This document shows, in pieces, positions 8,417 through 17,077 of a DNA stretch of 22,489 nucleotides (positions within the stretch are counted from its first letter, which is position 1; the number at the start of each line of letters is the position of its first letter). This stretch comes from an archaeon (lineage in GTDB: Archaea; Iainarchaeota; Iainarchaeia; Iainarchaeales; 1-14-0-10-31-34). The DNA lies in contig JBDRIL010000050.1 of assembly GCA_043815885.1 (NCBI GenBank), positions 1 to 22,489 of the forward strand, in the 5' to 3' direction. The position numbers and the translations under genes were made by a program. A model generated the notes under the pieces. That model did no database searches. It worked only from the letters and a program-made list of their open reading frames with translations, and had not been told where the DNA came from.

Positions 8417-8599
8417 TTATTTTCCAAAGAGATAGACGATGCCTAAAGCAATGATTATGACTGGGAGGAAGTAGGCCCACATATCGAAATTCAGCCAGGC
8501 ATCCCATTCAAGGTAACCCAGAGAAGTTAGGAGAAAGATTATTCCAAATACCACTAAGAACAAGCCAGTGCCTTTCCCGTTGGAGTCTTTTTCCCCCAT
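8417..8599 (-). CDS. Small 2-TM protein, LiaI/LiaF-like (DUF5668-like), 60 aa
   Basis: GLFLVVFGIIFLL..LG......W...PVIIIALGI..LF pattern. ATG 8599 is preferred over the longer track ORF, which overlaps the divergent lipoprotein gene. Confidence 0.75.
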   Translation of the reverse strand: MGEKDSNGKGTGLFLVVFGIIFLLTSLGYLEWDAWLNFDMWAYFLPVIIIALGIVYLFGK

Positions 8600-8714
8600 T
8601 TTTTGCCCCCACAAAGTAATAACAAAGAAATTAATGGGAGAAAGAATATTTAAGGACAAAGGTTTTTGAGTGAAAGCGAAAGAAATAAAAGGAATAGCCA
8701 GAAAAGAATAATTA

Positions 8715-9287
8715 ATGAAGGAAAAAATATTTTTTATGCTTGTTTTTGCTGCACTGGTTTTGTTGGTGGGGTGTACTGGAACCACACAAAAGAATCTAGA
8801 GAGACAGATAAGTGAGCAAATTGATTCAATGAATTACTGTGACGGAAATGAAGAATGCGTGGTTAAAGGGTTTGGATGTCCGTTTGGATGTTATTCTTTG
8901 GTTAACAAGGATGCTAATTTAGAAGCAGTAGAAGAAATGCTTGTCAAGTATAATGGAATGGGTCTGGGCTGCAGGTATGCGTGTGGAGAGCTTCCGGAAT
9001 TGGTTTTTTGCCTTGAGGGAAGGTGTATTGTTCCGGAGGAAATTCCGGAAATAACTTACTGTGAGGAAGATGAAGAATGCAAAGTCGTTTACAAGGGAAC
9101 AGATAATTGCTGTCCGAGATGTGAACCAATTGCAATCAACAAGGAAAAAGAAGAGCAATACAATTCATACTATGAGGAATACAGTGACGGAAAATTCTGT
9201 GGGAAAATGGCCTGTGAACCCTGTGATTCATTGAAAAAATACGAGGCAAAATGCTATAAGGAAATGAATTCATGCTATTATGAGTAA
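8715..9287 (+). CDS. Cys-rich lipoprotein with two C..D.EC-type repeats, 190 aa
   Basis: Lipobox LLVGC. Repeats YCDGNEECVV...CPFGC...VNK and YCEEDEECKVV...CCPRC...INK. Confidence 0.85.
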   Translation: MKEKIFFMLVFAALVLLVGCTGTTQKNLERQISEQIDSMNYCDGNEECVVKGFGCPFGCYSLVNKDANLEAVEEMLVKYNGMGLGCRYACGELPELVFCLEGRCIVPEEIPEITYCEEDEECKVVYKGTDNCCPRCEPIAINKEKEEQYNSYYEEYSDGKFCGKMACEPCDSLKKYEAKCYKEMNSCYYE

Positions 9288-9291
9288 ATAA

Positions 9292-9711
9292 TTATTCTCT
9301 TGTTTCTACTCCCATTTCTTCGTCAAGTTCTTTGGCTGTTTGTTCCATTTGCCTGAAAACCCTGTCTATGTCTTCCTCTATTTCCCTTATAGTGCGGAAA
9401 ATGCTCTTGCTTCTGGCTTTATAGTATCTGCCCTCTTTTATAATCAATCCAGAGCGCTGAAGATTGCTTAAATGGTTTACAACAGCGCCTCTGCTCATCT
9501 TAACCATTTCAGCTATGTCAGTAGAAGAGAGAAGCCTTCCCTTCTCAGTGGCTTTAACTATCTCCCTGAAAATAGATGCAGCAGTCTTGTCTCTATCCAT
9601 TGGCTCAAAGAAGCCCAAACACCTCAAAATCCAGTTAAAGTCCTCATCAAATGCATCAGAAAAAGGTCTTTCAACACTCCTAATAACTACCTTAAAGCGC
9701 GCTCTCTCCAT
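9292..9711 (-). CDS. Winged-HTH (ArsR-like) transcriptional regulator with C-terminal coiled coil
   Basis: LSSTDIAEMVKMSRGAVVNHLSNLQRSGLIIKEGRYY HTH-wing. Divergent from grpE. Confidence 0.9.
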   Translation of the reverse strand: MERARFKVVIRSVERPFSDAFDEDFNWILRCLGFFEPMDRDKTAASIFREIVKATEKGRLLSSTDIAEMVKMSRGAVVNHLSNLQRSGLIIKEGRYYKARSKSIFRTIREIEEDIDRVFRQMEQTAKELDEEMGVETRE

Positions 9712-9732
9712 AATAAAGAAAAATATGAATGG

Positions 9733-9789
9733 AAAGATTTAAAAAAAGATTGATTAAGAAATTTAGTTATTGATTAAATCTTTTAGTCA
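9733..9789. promoter_or_regulatory. Overlapping divergent promoters with two tandem palindromic candidate operators
   Basis: AAAGATTTAA (9733-9742) and its reverse complement TTAAATCTTT (9774-9783). TGATTAA-N5-TTAGTTA (9751-9769) and TGATTAA-N5-TTAGTCA (9771-9789). Confidence 0.6.
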
Positions 9790-9799
9790 GTGGTTTTTA

Positions 9800-10297
9800 G
9801 TGAAAAAAGAACAGAAAGAAAGCAGGGACAAAGAGAAAGAATTAACGGAAAAAGTAAATGAATTGACTGATACTGTAAAGAGGGTGCAGGCAGAATTCGA
9901 GAACTACAAGAAAAGAATGGACAAAGAGAAAGCAGAATTTGTTGAGTACAGTACTACCTCTTTTGTTTCAAAACTTCTTCCAGTGCTTGATTCAATTGAT
10001 GCAGCAAAGAAACAGTTGAATGAAAGGGAAGGCAAGGGAGTTGAATTGATTCAAAAACAGCTGATGGATTTGCTTCAAAAGGAAGGATTAAAGGAAATCA
10101 ATGCAGAAGGAGAAAAATTTGATCCTCTCTGTCATGAGGCATTAATGCAGGGAAATAATAAGGAGAAGGATGATTGTGTTGTATTGGAGGAACTGCATAA
10201 AGGGTATTTGTTTAAGGGCAGGGTATTGCGGTGTGCAAAGGTAAAGATAAATAAATTAAGTGAAGGTGAAAAAAGTGAAGAAGGAAAAAAAGGATGA
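9800..10297 (+). CDS. grpE: Nucleotide exchange factor GrpE (GTG 9800 preferred to TTG 9770)
   Basis: KRVQAEFENYKKR, LLPVLD, GEKFDPLCHEA and KGYLFKGRVLR.AKV motifs. Confidence 0.96.
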   Translation: MKKEQKESRDKEKELTEKVNELTDTVKRVQAEFENYKKRMDKEKAEFVEYSTTSFVSKLLPVLDSIDAAKKQLNEREGKGVELIQKQLMDLLQKEGLKEINAEGEKFDPLCHEALMQGNNKEKDDCVVLEELHKGYLFKGRVLRCAKVKINKLSEGEKSEEGKKG

Positions 10298-10559
10298 GAA
10301 GAAAAAGGACATTGATTTGAAGAATATTGAGGAGAGAGTGAAGGAAATAAATGCTAACAAGGGTTTTGTGCTTACAGTGAGTACTAATCCTGAAACCAAG
10401 AGGACTGATTCATCCTTATCAATGAAAGGGGTTTCAGCAAACGATGTGCTGGCTGAAATAGAGAAATTCAAGATAGCTTTCATATATGCTGGCCAGAGCT
10501 ATCAGAAACCGAATATTGAAAAAGAAGAGAAAACGAGTGGATTGGATTATGCTCATTAA
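10275..10559 (+). CDS. Hypothetical protein between grpE and dnaK (start uncertain, 10260-10275)
   Basis: Open frame overlapping the grpE 3' end. GGTGA at 10265-10269 precedes GTG 10275. Confidence 0.7.
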   Translation: MKKEKKDEKKKDIDLKNIEERVKEINANKGFVLTVSTNPETKRTDSSLSMKGVSANDVLAEIEKFKIAFIYAGQSYQKPNIEKEEKTSGLDYAH

Positions 10560-10635
10560 AAAAAAACTTTTATCAAAAGTTTTATCAAAAAATATCAAAA
10601 AAACATCTTATGCCTTCGGCATACAATTAAAAAAT
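10553..10635 (+). repeat. Hairpin repeat family 2, copy b (upstream of dnaK)
   Basis: AAAACTTTT-ATC-AAAAGTTTT-ATCAAAAAATAT...TATGCC-TTC-GGCATA-CAAT, homologous to the reverse complement of 7166-7234. Confidence 0.8.
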
Positions 10636-10659
10636 TATTTTTATTAGGAGTGATGTAAA

Positions 10660-12531
10660 ATGGCAAAGGTAATAGGAATTGATCTCGGCACTTCGAACAG
10701 TGCAGCATCAGTATTGGAGGCAGGAAGAGCAGTAATAATTCCTTCTGCGGAAGGAGCTACTGCCTATGGAAAGGCTTTTCCTTCAGTAGTGGCTTTCACC
10801 AAAGACGGGCAAATGCTTGTAGGAGAACCAGCAAGAAGGCAGGCAGTAAGCAATCCAGAAGGAACAATAACTACTGCAAAGAGAAAGATGGGCACAACGC
10901 ATAAATACAATATTTTTGGAAAAGAGTATACCCCCCAACAAATCAGTGCATTCATACTGCAAAAGATAAAGAGGGATGCTGAAGCATTTCTTGGAGATAA
11001 AGTAGAAAAAGCAGTAATAACTTGCCCTGCCTACTTTGATGACAACCAGAGACAGGCAACAAAGGATGCCGGAAGGATTGCCGGATTAGAGGTAATAAGA
11101 ATCATTAATGAACCAACTGCTGCTTCACTGGCTTATGGCGTGGACAAGAAAGGAAAGGAGCAAAAAATACTAGTATTTGATTTTGGGGGAGGAACACTTG
11201 ATGTAACAGTAATGGAATTCGGAGAAGGAGTATTTGAGGTAAAGAGCACTTCCGGAGACACTCAGTTAGGCGGAACAGATATGGACAAGGCAGTAATGGA
11301 ATGGATTGTGAAAGAATTCAAGAAGAGTGAAGGCGTTGATTTAATGAAGGACAGGATGGCTGTGGAAAGAGTAAGAGAAGCAGCAGAAAAAGCAAAGATT
11401 GAATTAAGCAATGTACTTGAAACAGACATCAATCTTCCATATGTTACTGCCTCTAAAGAAGGGCCAAAGCATCTGGTAATGAAATTAAACAGAGCAAAAG
11501 TAGAGGAGCTTGTAGAACCAATAATAAAGAAATGTGAAAAACCCATTAATCAGGCACTGGCTGACGCAAAGCTAACTCCGGCAGAAATAACAAGGATTAT
11601 TCTTGTTGGAGGCCCAACAAGAATGCCTGTGTTGCAGAAATTCGTTGAAAGAGTGGTTGGAAAGAAAGTGGAGAGAGGAGTCGACCCAATGGAGTGTGTT
11701 GCAATGGGTGCGGCAATACAGGCAGGAGTCCTTCAGGGAGAGGTAAAGGACGTGCTTCTTTTAGATGTCACTCCATTAAGCTTGGGGATTGAAACATTGG
11801 GAGGAGTGTTCACTAAATTAATTGAGAGGAATACTACGATTCCAACAAAAAAGTCACAGATATTCAGTACCGCGGCAGAAAATCAAACTGCAGTAGACAT
11901 TCATGTATTGCAGGGAGAACGCCCAATGGCTACAGACAATAAGACTCTGGGGAGATTTCAATTGGTTGGAATTCCTCCTGCTCCAAGAGGCATCCCGCAA
12001 ATAGAGGTGACATTTGATATTGACGCAAACGGAATAGTGCATGTAACGGCAAAGGACTTGGGAACAGGAAAAAGCCAGAAAATAACTATTGTTGCCTCGC
12101 AGAAGTTAAGCGAAGATGATGTTGAGAAAATGCGGAAAGAAGCAGAACAGTACTCTGAGACAGACAGGAAGAAGAAAGAGGAAGCAGAAACAATAAATGA
12201 AGCGGATACTGTGGTTTACACTACAGATAAATTGCTGAAGGATATGGAAGGAAAGGTTGAAGCAGGAAAACTAAAGAAAATAAATAAAGGAACAGAGGAA
12301 TTAAAGGAATTAATGAAACCACAACAGAAGGATATTGCAGCAATAAGAACAAAACTCCAGGAAGTACAGAAAATAATTCAGGAAGCTTCAGTTGAATTGT
12401 ATCAGAAGGCACAGCAGGCAAGGCAACAGCCAGGAGCAGGCGCGGAAGAAAAAGAAGGAAAAAAGGATTCAGAGAAAGACAATGCAGTTGACGCTGATTA
12501 CACTGTAGAGGACGACAAGGAAAAGAAGTGA
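10660..12531 (+). CDS. dnaK: Chaperone DnaK (Hsp70)
   Basis: [31 protein letters not shown] and [14 protein letters not shown] motifs. Short (archaeal/Gram-positive type) N-terminal subdomain. GGAGTGA RBS. Confidence 0.99.
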   Translation: MAKVIGIDLGTSNSAASVLEAGRAVIIPSAEGATAYGKAFPSVVAFTKDGQMLVGEPARRQAVSNPEGTITTAKRKMGTTHKYNIFGKEYTPQQISAFILQKIKRDAEAFLGDKVEKAVITCPAYFDDNQRQATKDAGRIAGLEVIRIINEPTAASLAYGVDKKGKEQKILVFDFGGGTLDVTVMEFGEGVFEVKSTSGDTQLGGTDMDKAVMEWIVKEFKKSEGVDLMKDRMAVERVREAAEKAKIELSNVLETDINLPYVTASKEGPKHLVMKLNRAKVEELVEPIIKKCEKPINQALADAKLTPAEITRIILVGGPTRMPVLQKFVERVVGKKVERGVDPMECVAMGAAIQAGVLQGEVKDVLLLDVTPLSLGIETLGGVFTKLIERNTTIPTKKSQIFSTAAENQTAVDIHVLQGERPMATDNKTLGRFQLVGIPPAPRGIPQIEVTFDIDANGIVHVTAKDLGTGKSQKITIVASQKLSEDDVEKMRKEAEQYSETDRKKKEEAETINEADTVVYTTDKLLKDMEGKVEAGKLKKINKGTEELKELMKPQQKDIAAIRTKLQEVQKIIQEASVELYQKAQQARQQPGAGAEEKEGKKDSEKDNAVDADYTVEDDKEKK

Positions 12532-12586
12532 AAAAATTAACTTCTTTTCCCTCTATTTTTTTAGTGACTGGCAGAAGGAAGAATAC

Positions 12587-13744
12587 ATGGCAGAAGAAAA
12601 AAAAGACTACTACGAGATTCTGGAAATAAAAAAGGATGCTTCACAGGAAGAAATAAAGAATGCATATAAGAAGCTGGCAAAAAAATACCATCCGGATGTA
12701 AGCAAGGAAGCAAATGCTGAAGCAAAATTCAAGGAAGTTTTGGAGGCATACAATGTATTGAGTGACCCCCAAAAGAGAGGCAATTACGACCAGTTTGGCC
12801 ATGCAGCAGAAGGATTTTCTGGATTCAGGGGATTCGGGGATTTCAGGGAAGGATTTGATTTCAGTGACTTCAGCAATGTGGGATTTGATTTTGAGGATTT
12901 ATTTGATAGATTTGGATTCGGGGATGTTTTTGGAAGAGAATTTCGCAGAACAAAACACAGGGCAAGAAAAGGGCTGGATTTAAGGTTTGATTTAAGCATT
13001 AGTTTTGAGGAAGCTGCTTTCGGGACAGAAAAGGAAATTGAATTAGAGAGAGTGGATGAGTGTGGAAAATGTAATGGAAGCGGTTCAGCAGGAAAAGGAG
13101 GAATGATTGACTGTCATGAGTGTGGCGGTAGCGGGGTAAAGGAGACAACCAAGAGAACTTTCTTTGGAATATTTACTACTAGGACTGCGTGCAGGAAATG
13201 CAATGGGGAAGGAAAGATAATTAAGAATCCATGCAAGGAATGCAATGGATTGGGAAGAATCAGGATAAAAAGAAAGATAAAGGTGAAAGTACCGGAAGGA
13301 ATTGACAATGGATCATATCTCAGGCTGGGGGGAGAGGGAAATGCAGGAGACAGAGGAGCAGAGAATGGGGATTTATTTGTAGTTGTGTTTATTGAACCGC
13401 ATGATTTTTTCAGAAGGGACGGAGCAGATATCTTTGCTGAAATTCCGATTACGTTTTCAATGGCTGCACTGGGAGGAAAGGTAAAGGTTCCGACATTAAA
13501 AGAAAAAGTTAATTTAAGCATTCCTTCCGGAACCCAAACCGGAACAATATTCAAATTAAAGGGGAAAGGAGTAAAGGATTCTGAGAGAGAAGGTTATGGG
13601 AGCGAATACATTAAAGTGATTGTAAGAACGCCAAAGCATTTAAGCAAAAAAGAAAATGAATTATTTGAACAGCTTAAGCAGGAAGAAAAGGATGAAATGG
13701 AGGGGGATTCCTTCTTTAAAAAATTCAGGAATTCCTTTAAATAA
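12587..13744 (+). CDS. dnaJ: Co-chaperone DnaJ (class A)
   Basis: J-domain with HPD, G/F-rich region, four CxxCxGxG motifs and a C-terminal domain. Confidence 0.99.
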   Translation: MAEEKKDYYEILEIKKDASQEEIKNAYKKLAKKYHPDVSKEANAEAKFKEVLEAYNVLSDPQKRGNYDQFGHAAEGFSGFRGFGDFREGFDFSDFSNVGFDFEDLFDRFGFGDVFGREFRRTKHRARKGLDLRFDLSISFEEAAFGTEKEIELERVDECGKCNGSGSAGKGGMIDCHECGGSGVKETTKRTFFGIFTTRTACRKCNGEGKIIKNPCKECNGLGRIRIKRKIKVKVPEGIDNGSYLRLGGEGNAGDRGAENGDLFVVVFIEPHDFFRRDGADIFAEIPITFSMAALGGKVKVPTLKEKVNLSIPSGTQTGTIFKLKGKGVKDSEREGYGSEYIKVIVRTPKHLSKKENELFEQLKQEEKDEMEGDSFFKKFRNSFK

Positions 13745-13786
13745 AGGAACTTTTAAATAATTGTTTTAACATAAAGAGTAAGCGTA

Positions 13787-14365
13787 ATGGGCGTAAAAAA
13801 AGCAATTGGAATAATAATTATACTGATTATAATCGGGGTTATTGGATACTATTTGCTGGAGGGAAGGCTTCCCTTTTTGGGTTACTCTTTTGATAATGGA
13901 TTGGCGAAGATAGATGGAATTGATTCCTCTTATGGATTGAATGAAGAAAGAATTGTTCCAGGAGAAGAGGATGAGCTGAAAGGATATTTAAGTGAATTAA
14001 TTGAATTCAGGAAAGAACTGAATGAACTTCCTTCAAGCAATGAAGTAAAGGCATTGGGATTACTGGTTGATGCAAGAATAAATCTAGTGGGAATGAAAGA
14101 GGCATTGATTGAAGCAAAAAAGGAAACAGAACTGAGTCATGGAGAGGGCTGTGAGAGAGGCACTCCAACCTATAATGCAATAAATGCATTTGAGGAAGCA
14201 GAAGATTATGCATCAAAAGCAAATTCTTCAATAAAGGAATTAGAAGAAGATTATCCAATGCTTGCAGAAAAAACCAGGGAATGGAATGAAAATGTTTTAG
14301 TGAGCACAACAGAGATAAGCGAGAGAACAGAAGAATTAGCATTAATGCTGCAGCAGTATTGTTAG
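13787..14365 (+). CDS. Hypothetical N-terminally membrane-anchored helical protein, 192 aa
   Basis: Single hydrophobic N-terminal segment followed by an acidic helical body with two Cys. Confidence 0.8.
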   Translation: MGVKKAIGIIIILIIIGVIGYYLLEGRLPFLGYSFDNGLAKIDGIDSSYGLNEERIVPGEEDELKGYLSELIEFRKELNELPSSNEVKALGLLVDARINLVGMKEALIEAKKETELSHGEGCERGTPTYNAINAFEEAEDYASKANSSIKELEEDYPMLAEKTREWNENVLVSTTEISERTEELALMLQQYC

Positions 14366-14381
14366 TGCAAAGTGATTTTTT

Positions 14382-14997
14382 ATGAAACTGATTTATAGGG
14401 GGGGCGGAAGCAGAACTGTTTGAAGTGAAGAGGAATGGAAAGAAATTGGCAGTGAAGAACAGGCTGGAGAAGAAATACAGGAGAAGGGAATTGGATAAGG
14501 GCCTGAGGGAAAAGAGGACAAAGAAAGAAGCTAACTTGATCAAGAGAGTTAGGGAATTGGGAGTGGTTACTCCGGATGTTTATTCAGTGAATAAGCAGAG
14601 TGGAGTGATTGAAATGGAGTTCATTGAGGGAAAGAAGCTGAGGGACTGCTTGAATGAAAGGAATGTCTCTCTTTGCAAGGAAATTGGAAGAGAGATTGGG
14701 GTAATGCATTCAAATGGAATAATTCACGGGGATTTAACTACCTCAAATATTATTCTGAGGAAGAGAGGAAAAAAGAACGAGCTTGTTTTCATTGATTTTG
14801 GGTTAGGCCAAAATAGCAATAAAATTGAGGACAAGGCAGTTGATTTAATTGTATTCAAAAAAACCTTTCTTGCAACGCACTTCAGGTTAGGGAAAGGCTG
14901 GGAGCTTATAAGGAAGGGTTACCTGGAAGAAGGAAAGGAAGTGGAAAAGGTGCTGAAGCAAATGGAGGCTGTGGAGAAAAGAGGCCGTTATCTGTGA
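14382..14997 (+). CDS. bud32: KEOPS kinase/ATPase Bud32 with an apparent +1 frameshift in a G7 run
   Basis: AVK.R..K.YR, RTKKEA, IIHGDLTTSN, FIDFGL, EDKAVDL and RGRY motifs. The conserved GAEA lies upstream of GTG 14425 and joins ATG 14382 (MKLIYRGAEAELF) only if G7 (14398-14404) is G6. Confidence 0.93.
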
Positions 14998-15100
14998 AGA
15001 ATTAGAAATATAAACCTTAATGTATATATAAATATTAATTAAAAAGGCATTTCTGATGCTATTTTTATTTCCATTATGATTTTTTTGAAGGTATATCAAG

Positions 15101-15553
15101 ATGGTTGGAAACAATAGCAGTAAAGAGAAGACAAAGGAAAAAAAGGTTTCAGGTAAAGATACGGCTGGAGAGAAAAAGCTAAAAACAAAGGAAATAGAGG
15201 AATTAATAGTTGAATTGGCTCATGCAGGAAACACTCCCTCGCAAATAGGAATCATTCTAAGGGACCAATATGGAATTGCAAGTACCAAAGAAATGGCCAA
15301 AAAGAAGATAGAAAAGATAATGGAAGAAAAAGGGGTTGGCTCTGAACTTCCAAGGGATTTATTGAATCTGATAAAGAAGTCAGTGAATGAACACAAGCAC
15401 ATGGAGAGAAACAGGAAGGACATGGTAGCGAAAAGAGGATATCAATTGACTGTATCAAAGATAAGAAGGCTTACAAAATATTATGTCAGAAAAGGAAAAC
15501 TGCCTGAAGGATGGAGATACACTCCGGAAAAGGCTGCATTACTGGTGAAGTAA
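15101..15553 (+). CDS. rps15: 30S ribosomal protein uS15 (S15/S13e)
   Basis: PSQIGIILRDQYGI, LP.DLLNLIKK, H...NRKD..AKRG, SKIRRL.KYY and LPEGWRY motifs. Confidence 0.97.
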   Translation: MVGNNSSKEKTKEKKVSGKDTAGEKKLKTKEIEELIVELAHAGNTPSQIGIILRDQYGIASTKEMAKKKIEKIMEEKGVGSELPRDLLNLIKKSVNEHKHMERNRKDMVAKRGYQLTVSKIRRLTKYYVRKGKLPEGWRYTPEKAALLVK

Positions 15554-15690
15554 TGAAGTACGAGCTTGCTTTTGGGGATGAAGAGAGAACGATCGAAAGA
15601 AAAGGAGAAAAGGAATTAAACGAGATTCTTGCAGAAATAAATGAATTAATATCAAAGGACAAAAATATAGAGACAAAATTTGTCCTTTGA
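15553..15690 (+). CDS. Small ORF coupled to rps15 (TAATG overlap), 45 aa, with its 3' end supplied by the inserted element
   Basis: MKYELAFGDEERTIERKGEKELNEILAEINELI-SKDKNIETKFVL*. Removing the element and one TAA gives ...INELIK* (34 aa). Confidence 0.55.
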   Translation: MKYELAFGDEERTIERKGEKELNEILAEINELISKDKNIETKFVL

Positions 15691-15739
15691 TAGCTATCAA
15701 AAGACATTAATTATGAAACTTTTTTAATGTCTTTTGATA
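15650..15739. mobile_element. 90-bp double-hairpin MITE-like element, copy 2 (A- / GC / B+)
   Basis: Same arms as copy 1 with the A loop reverse-complemented. Flanked by TAA (15647-15649) and TAA (15740-15742). Confidence 0.85.
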
Positions 15740-15762
15740 TAATTAAATGAATTGGTGGATGA

Positions 15763-16362
15763 ATGGCTGAAGAAAAAAAGGAAAAGAAGGGAAAACCAAA
15801 AAGAACAGTGGACAAATGGAAGAAAAAGAAATGGTTTACCATTTATTCTCCAAAACTATTTGACCAAAAAATTGTCGGGGAAACAGTGGCAGAAAAACCA
15901 GAGTTACTGAAAGACAGAATTATTTCTGTTTCTGCAAGAGACGTAACAAACCAACCAAGAAAACAGCATGTTTCATTTAACTTCAAGATAAAAGATGTGC
16001 AAGGCCTTAAGGCTTACACTGAATTGGTTGGGCATGAAGTTAAACCCTCTTTTTTGAAGCGACTTATAAGAAGGAGAAGCAGCAAGATTGAAACAAATCA
16101 AGTAGTGCAGTTAAAGAACGGAAACAAGGCAAGTGTAAAGACAGTTGTTCTTTCCATGAAAAAATTAAGGGAAAGACAGAAGACAGCAATAAGGAAAATA
16201 ATAATTCAGAAGATTGACTATGCCGGAAAGAAGAAGGACTTTGATGACTTTGTACAGGAACTAGTTCTTGGGCACGTTGCATCAAAGATAGGAAACGAAG
16301 CCAAAAAGATTGCATTAATAAAGAGAGTGGAAGTAGTTAAATCAGCATTAACAAAAAAATGA
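15763..16362 (+). CDS. rps3ae: 30S ribosomal protein eS1 (S3Ae)
   Basis: DKWKKKKWFTIYSPKLF, GET.A..P, RLIRRRSSKIE and IKRVEVVK motifs. Confidence 0.96.
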   Translation: MAEEKKEKKGKPKRTVDKWKKKKWFTIYSPKLFDQKIVGETVAEKPELLKDRIISVSARDVTNQPRKQHVSFNFKIKDVQGLKAYTELVGHEVKPSFLKRLIRRRSSKIETNQVVQLKNGNKASVKTVVLSMKKLRERQKTAIRKIIIQKIDYAGKKKDFDDFVQELVLGHVASKIGNEAKKIALIKRVEVVKSALTKK

Positions 16363-16368
16363 ATTGAT

Positions 16369-17067
16369 ATGAATACATTAATTGAAATATTAATCGTATT
16401 ATTATTCCTGCTGTTTTTTTCTTTTATTTCATTAAGAAAAAAGAGTTTAGACTTAAACGGAGTAATCATAGGGAGTGTTATCGGAATAACAATCTATTTC
16501 TTTGGAAGAAATACAGTTGTGGGAGGACTGAATGCATTCTTTTTTATTGCATTATTCTATGTAGTGGCAGACCTTGGAACAAGGTATGGGAGAAACAAAA
16601 GAGAAAAAGAAACAGAAAAAAGAACCACTGGAAATGTATTGGGAAATAGCTTGGCTGCAGTAATTGCATTGGGCTTAGGTTCAGTTATTGGATTCTTTTC
16701 AGCTGTCTCTTCTGCATTGGCTGACACTCTTTCCTCAGAGATAGGAATGCTTTCAAGAAAGAAACCAGTATTAATCACTACTTTTAAGGAAGTTCCCACT
16801 GGAACAGACGGAGGAGTAACCTCGTTAGGAACAATTGCAGCATTGCTTGGAGCAGTAATAATCGGTTTAGCTTACTTTGTTTTCTTTAATGACGCGTTAG
16901 TAGCATTAATAGTGATTATGGCAGGAGTGATTGGCTCTACAGTGGATTCATTGCTTGGAGCAATATTTGAAAGAAAAAAATTACTGAGCAATACATGGGT
17001 TAATTTTCTTTCATGCGGCAGCGCAGCAGTGGCAGGATTCTTGTTATTGAAATTGATGACAGGGTAA
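16369..17067 (+). CDS. DUF92 (TMEM19/VTE6-like) membrane protein
   Basis: R...NVLGN, ALADTLSSEIG, P.LITTFK.VP.GTDGGVT.LG, DSLLGA.FE and N..VNF motifs. Confidence 0.93.
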   Translation: MNTLIEILIVLLFLLFFSFISLRKKSLDLNGVIIGSVIGITIYFFGRNTVVGGLNAFFFIALFYVVADLGTRYGRNKREKETEKRTTGNVLGNSLAAVIALGLGSVIGFFSAVSSALADTLSSEIGMLSRKKPVLITTFKEVPTGTDGGVTSLGTIAALLGAVIIGLAYFVFFNDALVALIVIMAGVIGSTVDSLLGAIFERKKLLSNTWVNFLSCGSAAVAGFLLLKLMTG

Positions 17068-17077
17068 TGGAATAAGT

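Noticed and set aside
8368..8785. Long N-terminal extensions of track ORFs 7764-8507 and 8417-8785
   Set aside because: They overlap neighbouring genes. Starts at 8367 (with frameshift) and 8599 give a non-overlapping layout and family-like N-termini.
9712..10659. CIRCE element upstream of grpE or dnaK
   Set aside because: No TTAGCACTC-N9-GAGTGCTAA match was found by eye.
13114..14543. Minus-strand ORFs 13114-13554 and 14007-14543, and similar short antisense ORFs elsewhere in the track
   Set aside because: They lie opposite well-supported genes, and their F/L/S/P-rich composition is what the reverse of purine-rich coding strands produces.
554..14997. Separate kae1 and bud32 genes as a novelty
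   Set aside because: Both fused and unfused arrangements are common in archaea.
15486..15707. 73-aa minus-strand ORF starting inside element copy 2
   Set aside because: Its ATG comes from the repeat arm and it runs antisense to rps15. No independent support.
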